Shown: in pieces, positions 11,786 through 23,200 of the stretch
Position numbering within the stretch: position 1 is the first letter of the stretch
Layout: each line of letters begins with the position of its first letter
Source: Bacilli bacterium
GTDB lineage: Bacteria > Bacillota_I > Bacilli_A > RF39 > UBA660
Direction: 5' to 3'
Assembly (NCBI GenBank): GCA_017409025.1
Contig: JAFQTN010000002.1
Location: forward strand, 112,185 to 176,184
Length of the DNA stretch: 64,000 nucleotides
The notes under the pieces: model-generated
Seen by the model: only the letters and a program-made list of their open reading frames with translations
What the model was told of the DNA's origin: nothing
Database searches by the model: none
Position numbers and translations under genes: made by a program

Positions 11786-14700
11786 TAGAAATCACCTCCC
11801 ATATCGTCTATTTCATCAAAACTATCTATACCATCTCCGTATTCGTCTGGCATATCTAATTCTTCATCATCAAATGCTTCATCTTCATAATTATCATCAG
11901 AGTCTTCTACTTCATCAAATAATTCTGGTTTTTCAATTTCTTCAGAAAGTGGAGTATCATCATCTTCATCTTTCTCAAGATCACAAATACTTACAGTCTC
12001 ATCATCATTATTAATAACAGAAATATTTAATCCTAAAGCTTGGAATTCTTTTATTAATACTCTAAATGATTCTGGAATACTAGGTTCTGGTAATGGTTGT
12101 CCTTTAACAATAGACTCATACACTTTAACCCTACCCATAACATCGTCAGATTTATAAGTAAGAATTTCTTGTAATACATGAGATGCACCATACGCTTCTA
12201 ATGCCCAAACTTCCATTTCACCAAATCTTTGTCCACCAAATTGTGCTTTACCACCAAGTGGTTGCTGTGTAACAAGTGAATATGGTCCAGTTGCTCTAGC
12301 ATGTAATTTATCATCAACCATGTGATGTAATTTAATCATATACATGACACCAACACTAATTCTATTATCAAATGGCTCACCAGTTCTACCATCATATAAA
12401 ACTGTTTTTCCATCTGGATCCATTCCAGCTTCAGCAAGCATAGCATCAATATCATCTTTCTTAGCACCATCTAATACTGGTGTAGCAATATGTACTCCTA
12501 ATTTTTTAGCAGCCATACCCATATGAAGTTCTAATATCTGTCCAATATTCATACGAGAAGGAACACCTTGTGGGTTTAACATAATATCTACTGGAGTACC
12601 ATCTGGTAAGTATGGCATATCCTCTTGTGGTAATATAAGTGAAATAACACCCTTATTACCATGACGACCAGACATCTTGTCACCAACTTGAATCTTTCTC
12701 TTTTGAATAATATATACTCTGATAACTTTACTTACACCACTAGGCATTTCATCATTATCAGCTTTAGTATAAACTTTAACATCATGAACTATTCCGTCTC
12801 CACCATGTGGAACCACTAATGAAGAGTTTCTAACTTCTCTAGTCTTTTCTCCGAAAATAGCATGTAATAATTTTTCTTCACTAGTTAAATCAGCCATACC
12901 CTTAGGAGTCACTTTTCCTACAAGTATGTCTCCTTCTTTAACTTCAGTACCAATTCTTATAATACCATTTTCATCAAGATTCTTTCTAGCTTCTTCTCCT
13001 ACATTAGGAATATCTCTAGTAATTTCTTCAGGCCCTAACTTAGTATCTCTACATTGAATTTCATAGTCTTCAATATGTAAAGAAGTATAAACATCATCTT
13101 TAACTAATCTTTCATTCATAATAACAGCATCTTCAAAGTTATAACCATTAAATGTCATGAAAGCTACTACCATATTTTTACCAAGAGCTAATTCACCTTT
13201 ATCAGTACTTGGTCCATCAGCAATAATTTGACCTTTCTTAACTTTATCCCCTGCTCTAACAATCGGAGATTGGTTTGCAGTTTCACCTTGGTTAGTTCTT
13301 TCAAATGTAGTTAAATTATATATATCTTTTGCTTTTGCATTCTTAATAACAATCTTCTTAGCATCAACATATTCAACAATACCATCAGCTTTAGCAACAA
13401 CTACAGCACCACTATCTCTAGCAGCTACGTGTTCAACACCAGTTCCAATAAATGGAGCTTCTGTTTTTAATAAAGGTAATGCTTGACGTTGCATGTTTGC
13501 ACCCATCAAAGCACGAGTAGCATCATCGTGTTCCAAGAATGGAATCAAACTTGTAGTAATAGATACAACTTGTTGTGGTGATACGTCAATATAATCAACT
13601 TGTTCAGCTTTAACAATTACATTTTCACCATTAAATCTACCAGCTACATATTTATCAGTAATCATATCGTCATCATCAACATTAACTGTTGCTTGAGAGA
13701 TATAAAAATCTTGTTCTTCAGATGCAGTTAAATAATCAACTTGATCTGTTAATTTCTTATTTTCCACCTTACGATATGGAGTCATAATAAATCCATATTC
13801 ATTAATCTTAGCATAACTAGCAAGTGAAGTTATAAGACCGATATTTTGACCTTCTGGTGATTCAATTGGACATATTCTACCATAGTGAGAAGCATTAACG
13901 TCACGAACTTCAACACCAGCTCTATCTCTAGATAATCCACCAGGTCCTAATGCAGATAATCTTCTCTTATGAGTTAATTCTGCAATTGGATTAACTTGGT
14001 CCATAAATTGAGATAATTGGCTACTACCAAAGAATTCTTTAATAACAGCAGTTACTGGTCTAATATTAATTAATGTCTTTGGAGTAACTGTTTCCATATC
14101 TTGAGTAGTCATTCTCTCACGAATAACTCTCTCCATTCTACTAAAACCAATCTTAAATTGATTTTGTAAAAGTTCTCCAACTTGTCTAATTCTTCTATTA
14201 CCTAAATGGTCTATTTCATCATCATGTCCAATACCATCCATTAAGTTTAGATAGTAAGATACTGAAGCATAGAAGTCAGATATAGTTAAAGTCTTAACAT
14301 CTAATTCTTGATCATTACCAATAACTTTAACTTTCTTCTTAGGATTTAATGGAGAATAAACATATAATACTTGAATAATATTCTTATCATTCAACTCTTC
14401 ATTAATTTTAGCTTCACATCTACCATACCCATCTTTTAGATATTTTTCAATTTCTAATAATATATCTTTAGTAATTAATGTACCATCAGTAAATTTAACT
14501 TCCCCATCAACTACTATATCTTGAGCTAATACTTTTCCAATTAATCTATCAGTAATATTTAATCTTTGATTAAATTTATATCTTCCTACTTTAGCTAAAT
14601 CATAACGGAAATTATCAAAGAATCTAGTAATTAATTGGTTTTTAGAACTATCTAATGTAGTAGGTTCCCCTGGTCTTAATTTTTCATAAATTTCAATTAA

Positions 14701-15396
14701 GGCTTCATCAGTATTTTTAGTAGAATCTCTTTCAATAGTATTCTTTAAATACTCATTATCATCAAACATTTCTAAGATATCTTTATCACTAGATAAACCA
14801 AATGCTCTAAGTAATGTAGTAAGTGGAACTTTTCTAGTTCTATCTATTCTTACATATAATACATCCTTAGCATCAGTTTCATACTCTAGCCATGTTCCTC
14901 TAGTAGGAATAACTTTAGAAGCAAATACTGGTTTACCATTCTTATCTACTTCTTTAGAAAAATATACGCTTGGAGATCTAACTAATTGTGATACTACAAC
15001 CCTTTCAGCCCCATTAATAATGAATGTACCACTATCAGTCATTAAAGGCATATCTCCTAAGAAAATTTCTTGTTCCTTAACTTCACCTGTTTCATTATTG
15101 AAAAGTCTTGTTTGAACTTTTAAAGGTGCAGCATAAGTAATTTGTCTATCCTTACATTCTTTAATAGAATATCTTGGAGTATCAAATACATATTCCCCAA
15201 ATTCTAAAGATAAACTACCAGAAAAACTTTCTACTGGAGAAAAATCTTCAAGTACTTCTTTAACCCCTTCTGTTACGAACCATTGGTATGATTCTTTTTG
15301 AATTTGTAATAAGTCATCAAGTTCTAATGAATTCTTGATCATAGAGTAATTTCTTCTTTTTCTATAATCGCCACTTTGCTTTAATTTATAAGCCAT
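11785..15396 (-). CDS. rpoB: DNA-directed RNA polymerase subunit beta, with ~75-aa acidic C-terminal extension
   Basis: Conserved beta-subunit blocks ([27 protein letters not shown]). Stop overlaps the rpoC start (TAATG). Confidence 0.98.
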   Translation of the reverse strand: MAYKLKQSGDYRKRRNYSMIKNSLELDDLLQIQKESYQWFVTEGVKEVLEDFSPVESFSGSLSLEFGEYVFDTPRYSIKECKDRQITYAAPLKVQTRLFNNETGEVKEQEIFLGDMPLMTDSGTFIINGAERVVVSQLVRSPSVYFSKEVDKNGKPVFASKVIPTRGTWLEYETDAKDVLYVRIDRTRKVPLTTLLRAFGLSSDKDILEMFDDNEYLKNTIERDSTKNTDEALIEIYEKLRPGEPTTLDSSKNQLITRFFDNFRYDLAKVGRYKFNQRLNITDRLIGKVLAQDIVVDGEVKFTDGTLITKDILLEIEKYLKDGYGRCEAKINEELNDKNIIQVLYVYSPLNPKKKVKVIGNDQELDVKTLTISDFYASVSYYLNLMDGIGHDDEIDHLGNRRIRQVGELLQNQFKIGFSRMERVIRERMTTQDMETVTPKTLINIRPVTAVIKEFFGSSQLSQFMDQVNPIAELTHKRRLSALGPGGLSRDRAGVEVRDVNASHYGRICPIESPEGQNIGLITSLASYAKINEYGFIMTPYRKVENKKLTDQVDYLTASEEQDFYISQATVNVDDDDMITDKYVAGRFNGENVIVKAEQVDYIDVSPQQVVSITTSLIPFLEHDDATRALMGANMQRQALPLLKTEAPFIGTGVEHVAARDSGAVVVAKADGIVEYVDAKKIVIKNAKAKDIYNLTTFERTNQGETANQSPIVRAGDKVKKGQIIADGPSTDKGELALGKNMVVAFMTFNGYNFEDAVIMNERLVKDDVYTSLHIEDYEIQCRDTKLGPEEITRDIPNVGEEARKNLDENGIIRIGTEVKEGDILVGKVTPKGMADLTSEEKLLHAIFGEKTREVRNSSLVVPHGGDGIVHDVKVYTKADNDEMPSGVSKVIRVYIIQKRKIQVGDKMSGRHGNKGVISLILPQEDMPYLPDGTPVDIMLNPQGVPSRMNIGQILELHMGMAAKKLGVHIATPVLDGAKKDDIDAMLAEAGMDPDGKTVLYDGRTGEPFDNRISVGVMYMIKLHHMVDDKLHARATGPYSLVTQQPLGGKAQFGGQRFGEMEVWALEAYGASHVLQEILTYKSDDVMGRVKVYESIVKGQPLPEPSIPESFRVLIKEFQALGLNISVINNDDETVSICDLEKDEDDDTPLSEEIEKPELFDEVEDSDDNYEDEAFDDEELDMPDEYGDGIDSFDEIDDMGGDF

Positions 15397-15464
15397 TAAT
15401 TTTTCACCCCATACCTAATTTTTTATCAAAGAGCACGCATAAAAAGACGTGTTACCAATATATA

Positions 15465-15493
15465 ATGTTAACAGAGAATTCATCAAATGTCAA
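15465..15493 (-). promoter_or_regulatory. Candidate sigmaA promoter for rpoBC
   Basis: Minus strand TTGACA (15488..15493), 17-nt spacer ending in TGT, then TAACAT (15465..15470), i.e. an extended -10. Confidence 0.4.
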
Positions 15494-15534
15494 CGAAGAT
15501 AATAAAAAAATATGATTTTTTTCAAAAATATTGA

Positions 15535-15566
15535 TTAAAAAGCCAACACATAAATTATGTATCAGC
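15535..15566 (-). terminator. Intrinsic terminator closing the T7SS-linked gene string
   Basis: Minus strand GCUGAUACAU-AAUUU-AUGUGUUGGC (10 bp, 3 G-U pairs) followed by UUUUU. Lies 46 nt past the stop at 15612. Confidence 0.5.
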
Positions 15567-15611
15567 TTATTAAACGTATTCTATTAATATTAACAATTAA
15601 ATAAAATCAAA

Positions 15612-16004
15612 TCATCTATGAATGCCAGTACGATTCTTGTCTTGACTAACATTTAATTTTTTTTTATCCACCTCATATATCAAATATTTACTGTTAATAT
15701 TAGTTACTAAAGAAAATGAATAAGATAACGTTTCTTGGTTAACAAAATCAACCGAAAATTCAAAATATGGATTTTCTGAAGCATCGTAAATTTCTCGAAT
15801 TTCTTCGACTGAACTCGCTCTATAATAAGTACGATGTTCTTCAGAATCATATGAACGACATTCACACAACAACATCTTATTTCCATTTGATTCAAACTGA
15901 TTTATAAAATTAATCAAAGAATCAATCTGAACAGTATTATCAAAATAGAAAATCTTCGTATAACGTCTTTCGTCATTACTTTCTCTTGTGTTTATAACAT
16001 TCAT
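15612..16004 (-). CDS. Hypothetical 130-aa cytoplasmic protein, last gene of the T7SS-linked string
   Basis: ATGA start/stop overlap with the upstream MBL gene. No recognisable motif. Confidence 0.5.
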   Translation of the reverse strand: MNVINTRESNDERRYTKIFYFDNTVQIDSLINFINQFESNGNKMLLCECRSYDSEEHRTYYRASSVEEIREIYDASENPYFEFSVDFVNQETLSYSFSLVTNINSKYLIYEVDKKKLNVSQDKNRTGIHR

Positions 16005-16801
16005 TTACTAACGCCTCCTTTACTATTAGACAACAACTTCATATCAAGCATCAACCCTTCATTAGCAACAATTGTATTAGAAAATATAGAACAAGCTTCT
16101 TCTAAATATTCAAATTTATTATGTTCCGGCCAAAAATGAGTTAACATAAGTGTATCTACGTTAGCTAAAAGTGCAAGCCTAGCAGCTTCCTTTGCATGCA
16201 AATGATATGGATCATGAACATTATCTTTCTCCAGATAAGTAGATTCAGAAATCAACAACGATGCACAAAATGAAAATGAAATAAATTTATCAATATCGGA
16301 AAAACCCATATCCCCAGTATATACAATAGTATCACCGAAAGAAACTATCTTAGCACTAAAGTTTGCAAGAGAATGTTGAGTTTTCAAAAAATTAATACAT
16401 GTATTTTCATCAACATTTATCTTACTATGTTCATTATATGTAACTATATCGAAATATTGTTCCTTTAAATTTTTAATCATAAGATAATCCTCATATCCAT
16501 CCTCACTAGGCAAAACCTCAGGAATATATACCTTAACTTTTTCATTTAACATGCCTAATCTATGATAGCAAAATGATGCATATCCCAAAGAAAATAAATC
16601 TGCATAATGATCTTTATGTAAATGAGAAATAACAATCGTAAGATTATTTAAGTCTTCCGGCATATTTAATAACGAAGATATGCCAGGACCACAATCTAAT
16701 AAAATTTTGTTAAAACCATTTTCAAATAAATAACCAGGACAATTATTACCATTCTTACAATAAGGAGAAACACTACCTAATACTTTCAATTTACTATTCA
16801 T
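16001..16801 (-). CDS. MBL-fold metallo-hydrolase (RNase Z-like beta-lactamase fold)
   Basis: HxHxDH motif (SHLHKDHYADL) and downstream His/Asp ligands (TQHS, GDMGF, LTHF). 4-nt overlaps with both neighbouring genes. Confidence 0.8.
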   Translation of the reverse strand: MNSKLKVLGSVSPYCKNGNNCPGYLFENGFNKILLDCGPGISSLLNMPEDLNNLTIVISHLHKDHYADLFSLGYASFCYHRLGMLNEKVKVYIPEVLPSEDGYEDYLMIKNLKEQYFDIVTYNEHSKINVDENTCINFLKTQHSLANFSAKIVSFGDTIVYTGDMGFSDIDKFISFSFCASLLISESTYLEKDNVHDPYHLHAKEAARLALLANVDTLMLTHFWPEHNKFEYLEEACSIFSNTIVANEGLMLDMKLLSNSKGGVSK

Positions 16802-17232
16802 TTTTTTAACCTATACCCCTCAAAAAACTTATCAATACTTTGCTTTGATGACAAGATATTAGTCAAATATAACAAAAAGTCGCGTTCTTCCTCTATTTCA
16901 CCCATTAATACTTCTTCATAAGAACATAAAGGACTATATTCCTTTCTATAAAGAACTACATCGCCTACCTTTAATTCAAAGTATCTTTTCTCGTTTACAA
17001 TCGAATTCGAACAAGTAACATTATTCATTCTTACATCAAAAATATTATTATTTACAGATAAATATAAATTATCATTGTGACAAAATATACCTATAATTGT
17101 AGAAACATCAATTTGTTCCGCCATGCCCTGATTATATTCTCCATTATAATTATCAAACTTTAAAATTTTTACTTCTTCATTAACTAAACATATGTTAGTA
17201 TATGGATCCGAAAAATTTGCCATAACAATCAT
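16798..17232 (-). CDS. Hypothetical 144-aa protein in the immunity-gene position directly after the giant protein
   Basis: aggagg RBS overlaps the stop of the 2074-aa gene (13-nt gap). No signal peptide or TM. No recognisable motif. Confidence 0.5.
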   Translation of the reverse strand: MIVMANFSDPYTNICLVNEEVKILKFDNYNGEYNQGMAEQIDVSTIIGIFCHNDNLYLSVNNNIFDVRMNNVTCSNSIVNEKRYFELKVGDVVLYRKEYSPLCSYEEVLMGEIEEERDFLLYLTNILSSKQSIDKFFEGYRLKK

Positions 17233-17245
17233 AAACCGTTACCTC

Positions 17246-20200
17246 CTATTGTTTTAATCCTAACGCAGCATTTAATTCCGGATTAGCTTTGCTCGAACCA
17301 TTTATTATTTCCAAATATACAGTTTCCTCAGAAACATTTGGACCTAATTTATTCAATTTGTTCCTAAAACACCACTCTAAATCAGGCCCTATAGCAGATG
17401 CCAATCCTTTTTCATAACTTATCCCAACCATTTGGCTAACAATCTCTATAGCTCTATTATAAATCATTTCGTCAGTAGGGTCAACTACACCAGAATATTC
17501 AAAAGATTCTATAGCACTTCTATAAATATCATCCTTTTTAGATAAAACATTTTCTTTTGAATCTTTACCTAAAGTGCTACCATAGGTAACAACATTGCCA
17601 ATAGCAACCTTTATACGACCTGCTAATTCCATATTTGCTCTCGCTCTTACTTTATTCTGATTTCTTGTATTAACAGCATATTCGGCCATTTCCTTTACAG
17701 AATACCCTTCTGCTTTCATTTTTTTAACTTCTTCTTGAATTGCATTATCCTCTAATAAATATTTGATCCTTATTTCCCTATTCTTCATAACCTCTGCTTC
17801 ATTAGAAAAATCAAAACCAGCAAAGCGCTCATTTCCAACAATTCTATAACCAAAAACCGTATTAGAATCTTCTTGTAAAAAAGCGACAGCCGCCGGTTCA
17901 ATCTCAGATAGCCTCAAACCTTTTCCAGAAGTACCTATCCCAGTATACTCGGCATAATCTAAACCATATTTAGAATGCGTATAATTCAAATTTTTAACTC
18001 CTGTTTTGGCAGTTTCTTTTTTTTGATTTGCATCAATTAAATTTGTTGTTTCTGCTAATTTGCTTACTTCTCTAATCTCTACATCTATTCCTGCGTAATC
18101 TGCATATTGTTGATATATAGATTTTACCGTATCTGACGTTGACGTATCTAATTCTATTACTATCTTTATTGTTTTTCCATCTACGGCTTTATTTAAAAGT
18201 AAATCCCCTTTTGAAATTAATTCGCCAGCTCTTTCATCAATTGCAAATATTGTACAAAATGGTACTGCTTCCGAATTTTTTATAGATACTACAACCTCTA
18301 CATCATTCTCAGACGCAGCTTCAATCCGATATGTTTGATTATTCTCACCAAGTACAAATTGTGGTGATTTATTGGTTTTATCTCCATCTATTTCATACGT
18401 TACATTTGCAGCTTCTGCTTCTGCCAATTTCAAATAAGATAATTTCTGTGGATCATCTTTTTTCAATCCAAAACGTTCCAACATAATTGCTAATTGTTCA
18501 TTAATAGGTAATGTCGTATCTATATTATTTCTTGACATAAGTTCATTAAAACTTAATTGAACGTTATAATTTGTTGTTTTAAATGTTATTGGTTTTCCAT
18601 ATTGATTTGTTCCGGCGTTATCATTATTTGTTAATGCATCTCCAATTCTCACTATTAAAGATTCATATCCTGCTTTTGTTATCCAATCTAAATTAAAATC
18701 ATATACTTCGATTTTTCCAACTGCTTTGCCGGTGGCATTATCACCCACTTTATTAATTACATTTTGATCCTTTGATCCCTCACCAGATGGATTTGGAACA
18801 GCAAAATCTTCCAAATGTGTATCTTTCGATTTTATTACGCCATTTTTCAACAATACATCTACTATATCAAAATCACTATCTTCGGTTGCTGCTGACAACG
18901 CATGAACCGCAAAAGACCATCCCGCTTCATTGCTAGATAAAGATTTTAAACCAGAATTACTTTTCGAGTGAGCAAAAGTTAATATTGCTGCTTCGGCAAT
19001 CTCCAAATCACTATATCCAGCCTTTCTTAATATTTCAGATTCTAAGATTATATCTACACCTGAATTAAACGAATGTGATTTTCTATAAATTCCTCCGTCG
19101 GCTTTTGCATCTTCCTTAATCCATGGCTCTAATTTACCCTGTTCATTTACTACAAAATATATTTCTTTGCCTCCAGACATTCCTGTATCATGCATAACTG
19201 CAGATAACATTATTGTTTTTAAAGATAAATTATCAATACCTACATCTTTAAATGCAGCATAAGAATTTATACTTTGTGTTAACACATCCATCGCATGTAC
19301 AATGCCATGTGTTCTATATGTGTTAAAGAATCCCTTACCACTCTCAAGTTTATCCTTTAATCCATCCCTTGCTTCTTCATAGTATTTTGACATTGAATCT
19401 AAAACTTCTATGCATTCCTTGACATCAGATAATTGAATTTCTGCATTCTTGGAAGCATCTAACAAATTAATATATAATGAAGTAGCGGCCTCTTCATCCA
19501 AAACCCAAGAACTTAAATTATCTCCAACTAAATTATTAAATAATTGCTGTACTTGTCCTTTTGTTATAGTTCCATTTTTAATACCCACTTCAATCACTGC
19601 CGGATCTGTTATTTCTGATAATTTTTCAGTTTCGTTAACAAATGAATTTTCTAATACTTCAACACCAACTTCATTAAATATCGGTTCAGACACAATGCCA
19701 TTCTCATCTACAGCACTAAAACTATCAACATATTCTGGATTAATATTATATGTATTAGTATCTTGATTAAAGTATACAATACTCTCTATAGAAACACCTT
19801 TAGGAACCCTTATAATTAATGTCCCATCAATAGGATTCATACCTTGAGAAATACCAAAAGAACTTTTTAAAACATTAACAAGATCGTATAATCCATCTAC
19901 TTTATTAACAGTATTTATCAACTTTACTTGTGAAATATCAGTAGGTGTAGAACCATATCCACTAGTAGTAGTCCCAAGACATCTAACACCTTCAGACATA
20001 ATAGAACTAACATCAGAAGAATTAACTGTTTTAACGTAAATATCATATTCTCCATCTTCAAATAAACTTGAATAATAATTGCCCGCTTCTGGACTAATAT
20101 ATCCTTTATTATTTGTATTTGATAAAATTGTATCAATCTGCTGTTGTGTAAAAAAACCACTTTTTAATTTTGATTCATAAAAACTCCCCATGTCACTAAT

Positions 20201-23200
20201 ATCAACTTGTAATCCATGAACTGGATCTATTGTATGGTTTTTACTATTAAATTCTGAATCCGAAACTGTAGTGTTTTTTCGACCAAAAAATTGTAATCCA
20301 ACACTTAAACTTTCTCCATCTTTTAATAAACGTCCTTCATCTGAAATAGACAATTTATTTTCTTTAGCCAAATTTGAAAGATAATCAGCTTTTATTGCAG
20401 CAACATTATCAGCATTATTAACATATTCAGACATAACAGTACCAAGAGCAGTAGACTCATAAGAATTATAAGCAGCTTCCGAAATCTGTTTATAAACCAG
20501 TTTGCCATTTTCTAACGTTAATCCAAAGTAACACTTTTCTACTTTTGAACCATCAAGTTGAAACTTTCCATCATATGTAATTGCCTTATCATCCATATAT
20601 CTAACTTTAAATTTAGAACTCTCAAGACTTTCAGAAGTAGGAGTTACTTTAACTGCTACGGTTTTAAGCGGAACATTATCTAAATTTGTAGCAAAAGCTC
20701 CTACAGAAGGAACACCATTAAAGAAAAACGTTTTAGGGTTACCATATGACGACATCATATCACTACTCTTAATATAACCACTTTTAATTATTTGATCAGC
20801 AGCTGTAGTAAAGTGATATAAACCGTTTTGCTCTATATCTTGATTTAAACCAGATACAGAATTTGTATTAGTATAAAAAAACTTTTTTAAATTTGACGCT
20901 AAGTAATCAACCATATATTTAGAAGTAGATGCTTTACCATAATCTACTTTTGCTAACTCAGCACGAATAAGAGAAACTTGTTTTTGATAAAGTTCATAGT
21001 TAGTAGCTTGTTGAATATTCATTTCTTGTTTTCTATTAATATACTCAGTCGTGCTAACCTCTCCTTCTAATCCAATATTTTCAGATATTGGAGATATAGT
21101 ACCATCAGGATTTCTAACAATAGCTTTAGTATCAGTAAAAATTTTTGAAACATCATTAATAGTATAATTAAAATCCGGATCTATAATAGAAACTGTCCCA
21201 TTAGGATTATTTCTTAATAAAACTGCTTCAGGATATAAAGAATGTAGTTTAGAAGCAAGAGAAGTATCAGATTCTAACGCCGATGATTCTATCGAAATTA
21301 CAACTTGCTTGCTATCGCCATTAACTTTCGTATCAACTGTAATTGATTTATTATTAGAAATCAATGCGTAATTCACCAAATCCTGATAACTAGAAACATT
21401 GACGCCGCCAGTTTTTAGTTCAGTATATACATTAGAAGCCAAAGACACACCACCATCCATAACACCTGCAGTTATAACACCATACCAAAAAGACATTTTT
21501 GCTTCTTCAGATAATGATTCAAAATCTACAGATTCTCCTAAAATTGCATATCTAAAACCAGCATCAACATACGTTTGGATAAATTCTTCTGCACCCTCGC
21601 CAAATAATCCTGTATCACCAATAATATTTAAACCAGGAATATTTGATAATAGTAATGTCATAGTAGCTTCAGACAAACCCGAACAAATACCATATTGATA
21701 TGAAGCAGTCCTATCATAACCATCCACTAAAGCCTGGTTATATGCATTACCGGCAGAACTCCAAGCCATGCCGCCACCAGCAATTATTGGCGCCGCAAAA
21801 GCTACCGCAGATGTAACTTTTAAACCAACATCAGTTCCCAAAACAGCTCCAACTTTAGCACCTACTGCCGGCCCTAAAACTTTAGATAATACTAATGAAG
21901 TAATCATTGTAGGAGCCATATTACCAATACTAGTAGATATTTGATAAGTGTGACCTAAAACATTATTCTTATCAAAATTATATTTTTCCTCTAATAATTT
22001 ATACTCCTCGTCAGTCAACGCAGTTTTTGCATATTCTAAATCTAATTTTCCTGTTTTTAAACCAACTTTTTCTACAAAAGTATTGTATTCTTCTTCACCC
22101 TTTGTTTTATATATATTGGCAGCTAATTCATTAGCATAAGAACCAGAAGTATTAGTTAAAGCTTCTAATATATACATTTGAGTATAAGAATTGACAGATA
22201 TCATACCTTCTTCATTAAAAAGGTTGCCAAGTCCTTCACCAAAATTAACAATACCGGCCCATAGACCTTCACCAGCAGTCAAAGCTCCGGTTAATAAATT
22301 CTGATCAATTTTTCCATCTGGTCCGGTTACCATATCCAAATATTTTTTAGCCTCGCGAGCGGCATATATTTGATTCCATTTGTCTTCAACCGCAACATTA
22401 TAAGCATCTACAGCATCTTGTCCTTGAGTATCTAATAAATACGCTTGCATTATAACCATTTCTTCTGGAACATCACCCATAAATAAAAAATTTGAATTCT
22501 GTTTTCTATAAGCATCGGCAAACGTCTTGTATTCTTGAGTTTCTGCAATTCTTAAGTATGGAAGTTCCTTTTGATACTGCTGAATAGAATATTTACTAGC
22601 CCTAATAGAAGCCAATTCCTGCTGTATTTGATTTATTCTTTTCATTCTCTCATCATTTTCAGCATCCAAATGTACTTTATCAGCCATATAACGATTATAT
22701 TTTTTAGTATAATCCGCTATATAAGAATCAAATATTATATCCCACCCAAAATTATCACGAGTTGCCTTAAAATCATCCAAAGTATAATCTTCATTAAAAT
22801 AAATTTCACCATATTTTTCTTTATACTTATCATTTATAAGTTTAACATAATAATCTTCATTGGCATCGAAAAATGCCCATATATTAGAAATATCGCCGTT
22901 TCCTTCTTTTAAATACTCTGGCGTATCAAGAACATCGCCAAAAGAATAAGTAAGTCCATAATTTTCGGCAACATAAGAACCATTAAAATACCTAGTCCAT
23001 TCATTCCATAATCTGGCATTTTCTTCTTCTAATTTTTCTATAGCTGCATCACAATTTTTAATCATATTTTCAGACTTTTCTTCTTCAGAAAGATTAGCCC
23101 ATAGATAATCATATTGCGTAGTAAAAACAGGTTCTTCATAAGAAGAAACAGGTGAAAAATCAACATCATCGCCATAAATTTCCATCATATCATAAACTTG

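Noticed and set aside
16001-16004. Alternative genetic code (UGA = Trp), considered because of the extreme AT content.
   Set aside because: Long conserved genes (rpoB, rpoC, mfd, essC) are uninterrupted under the standard code, and TGA functions as a stop (the MBL gene ends in TGA within an ATGA overlap).
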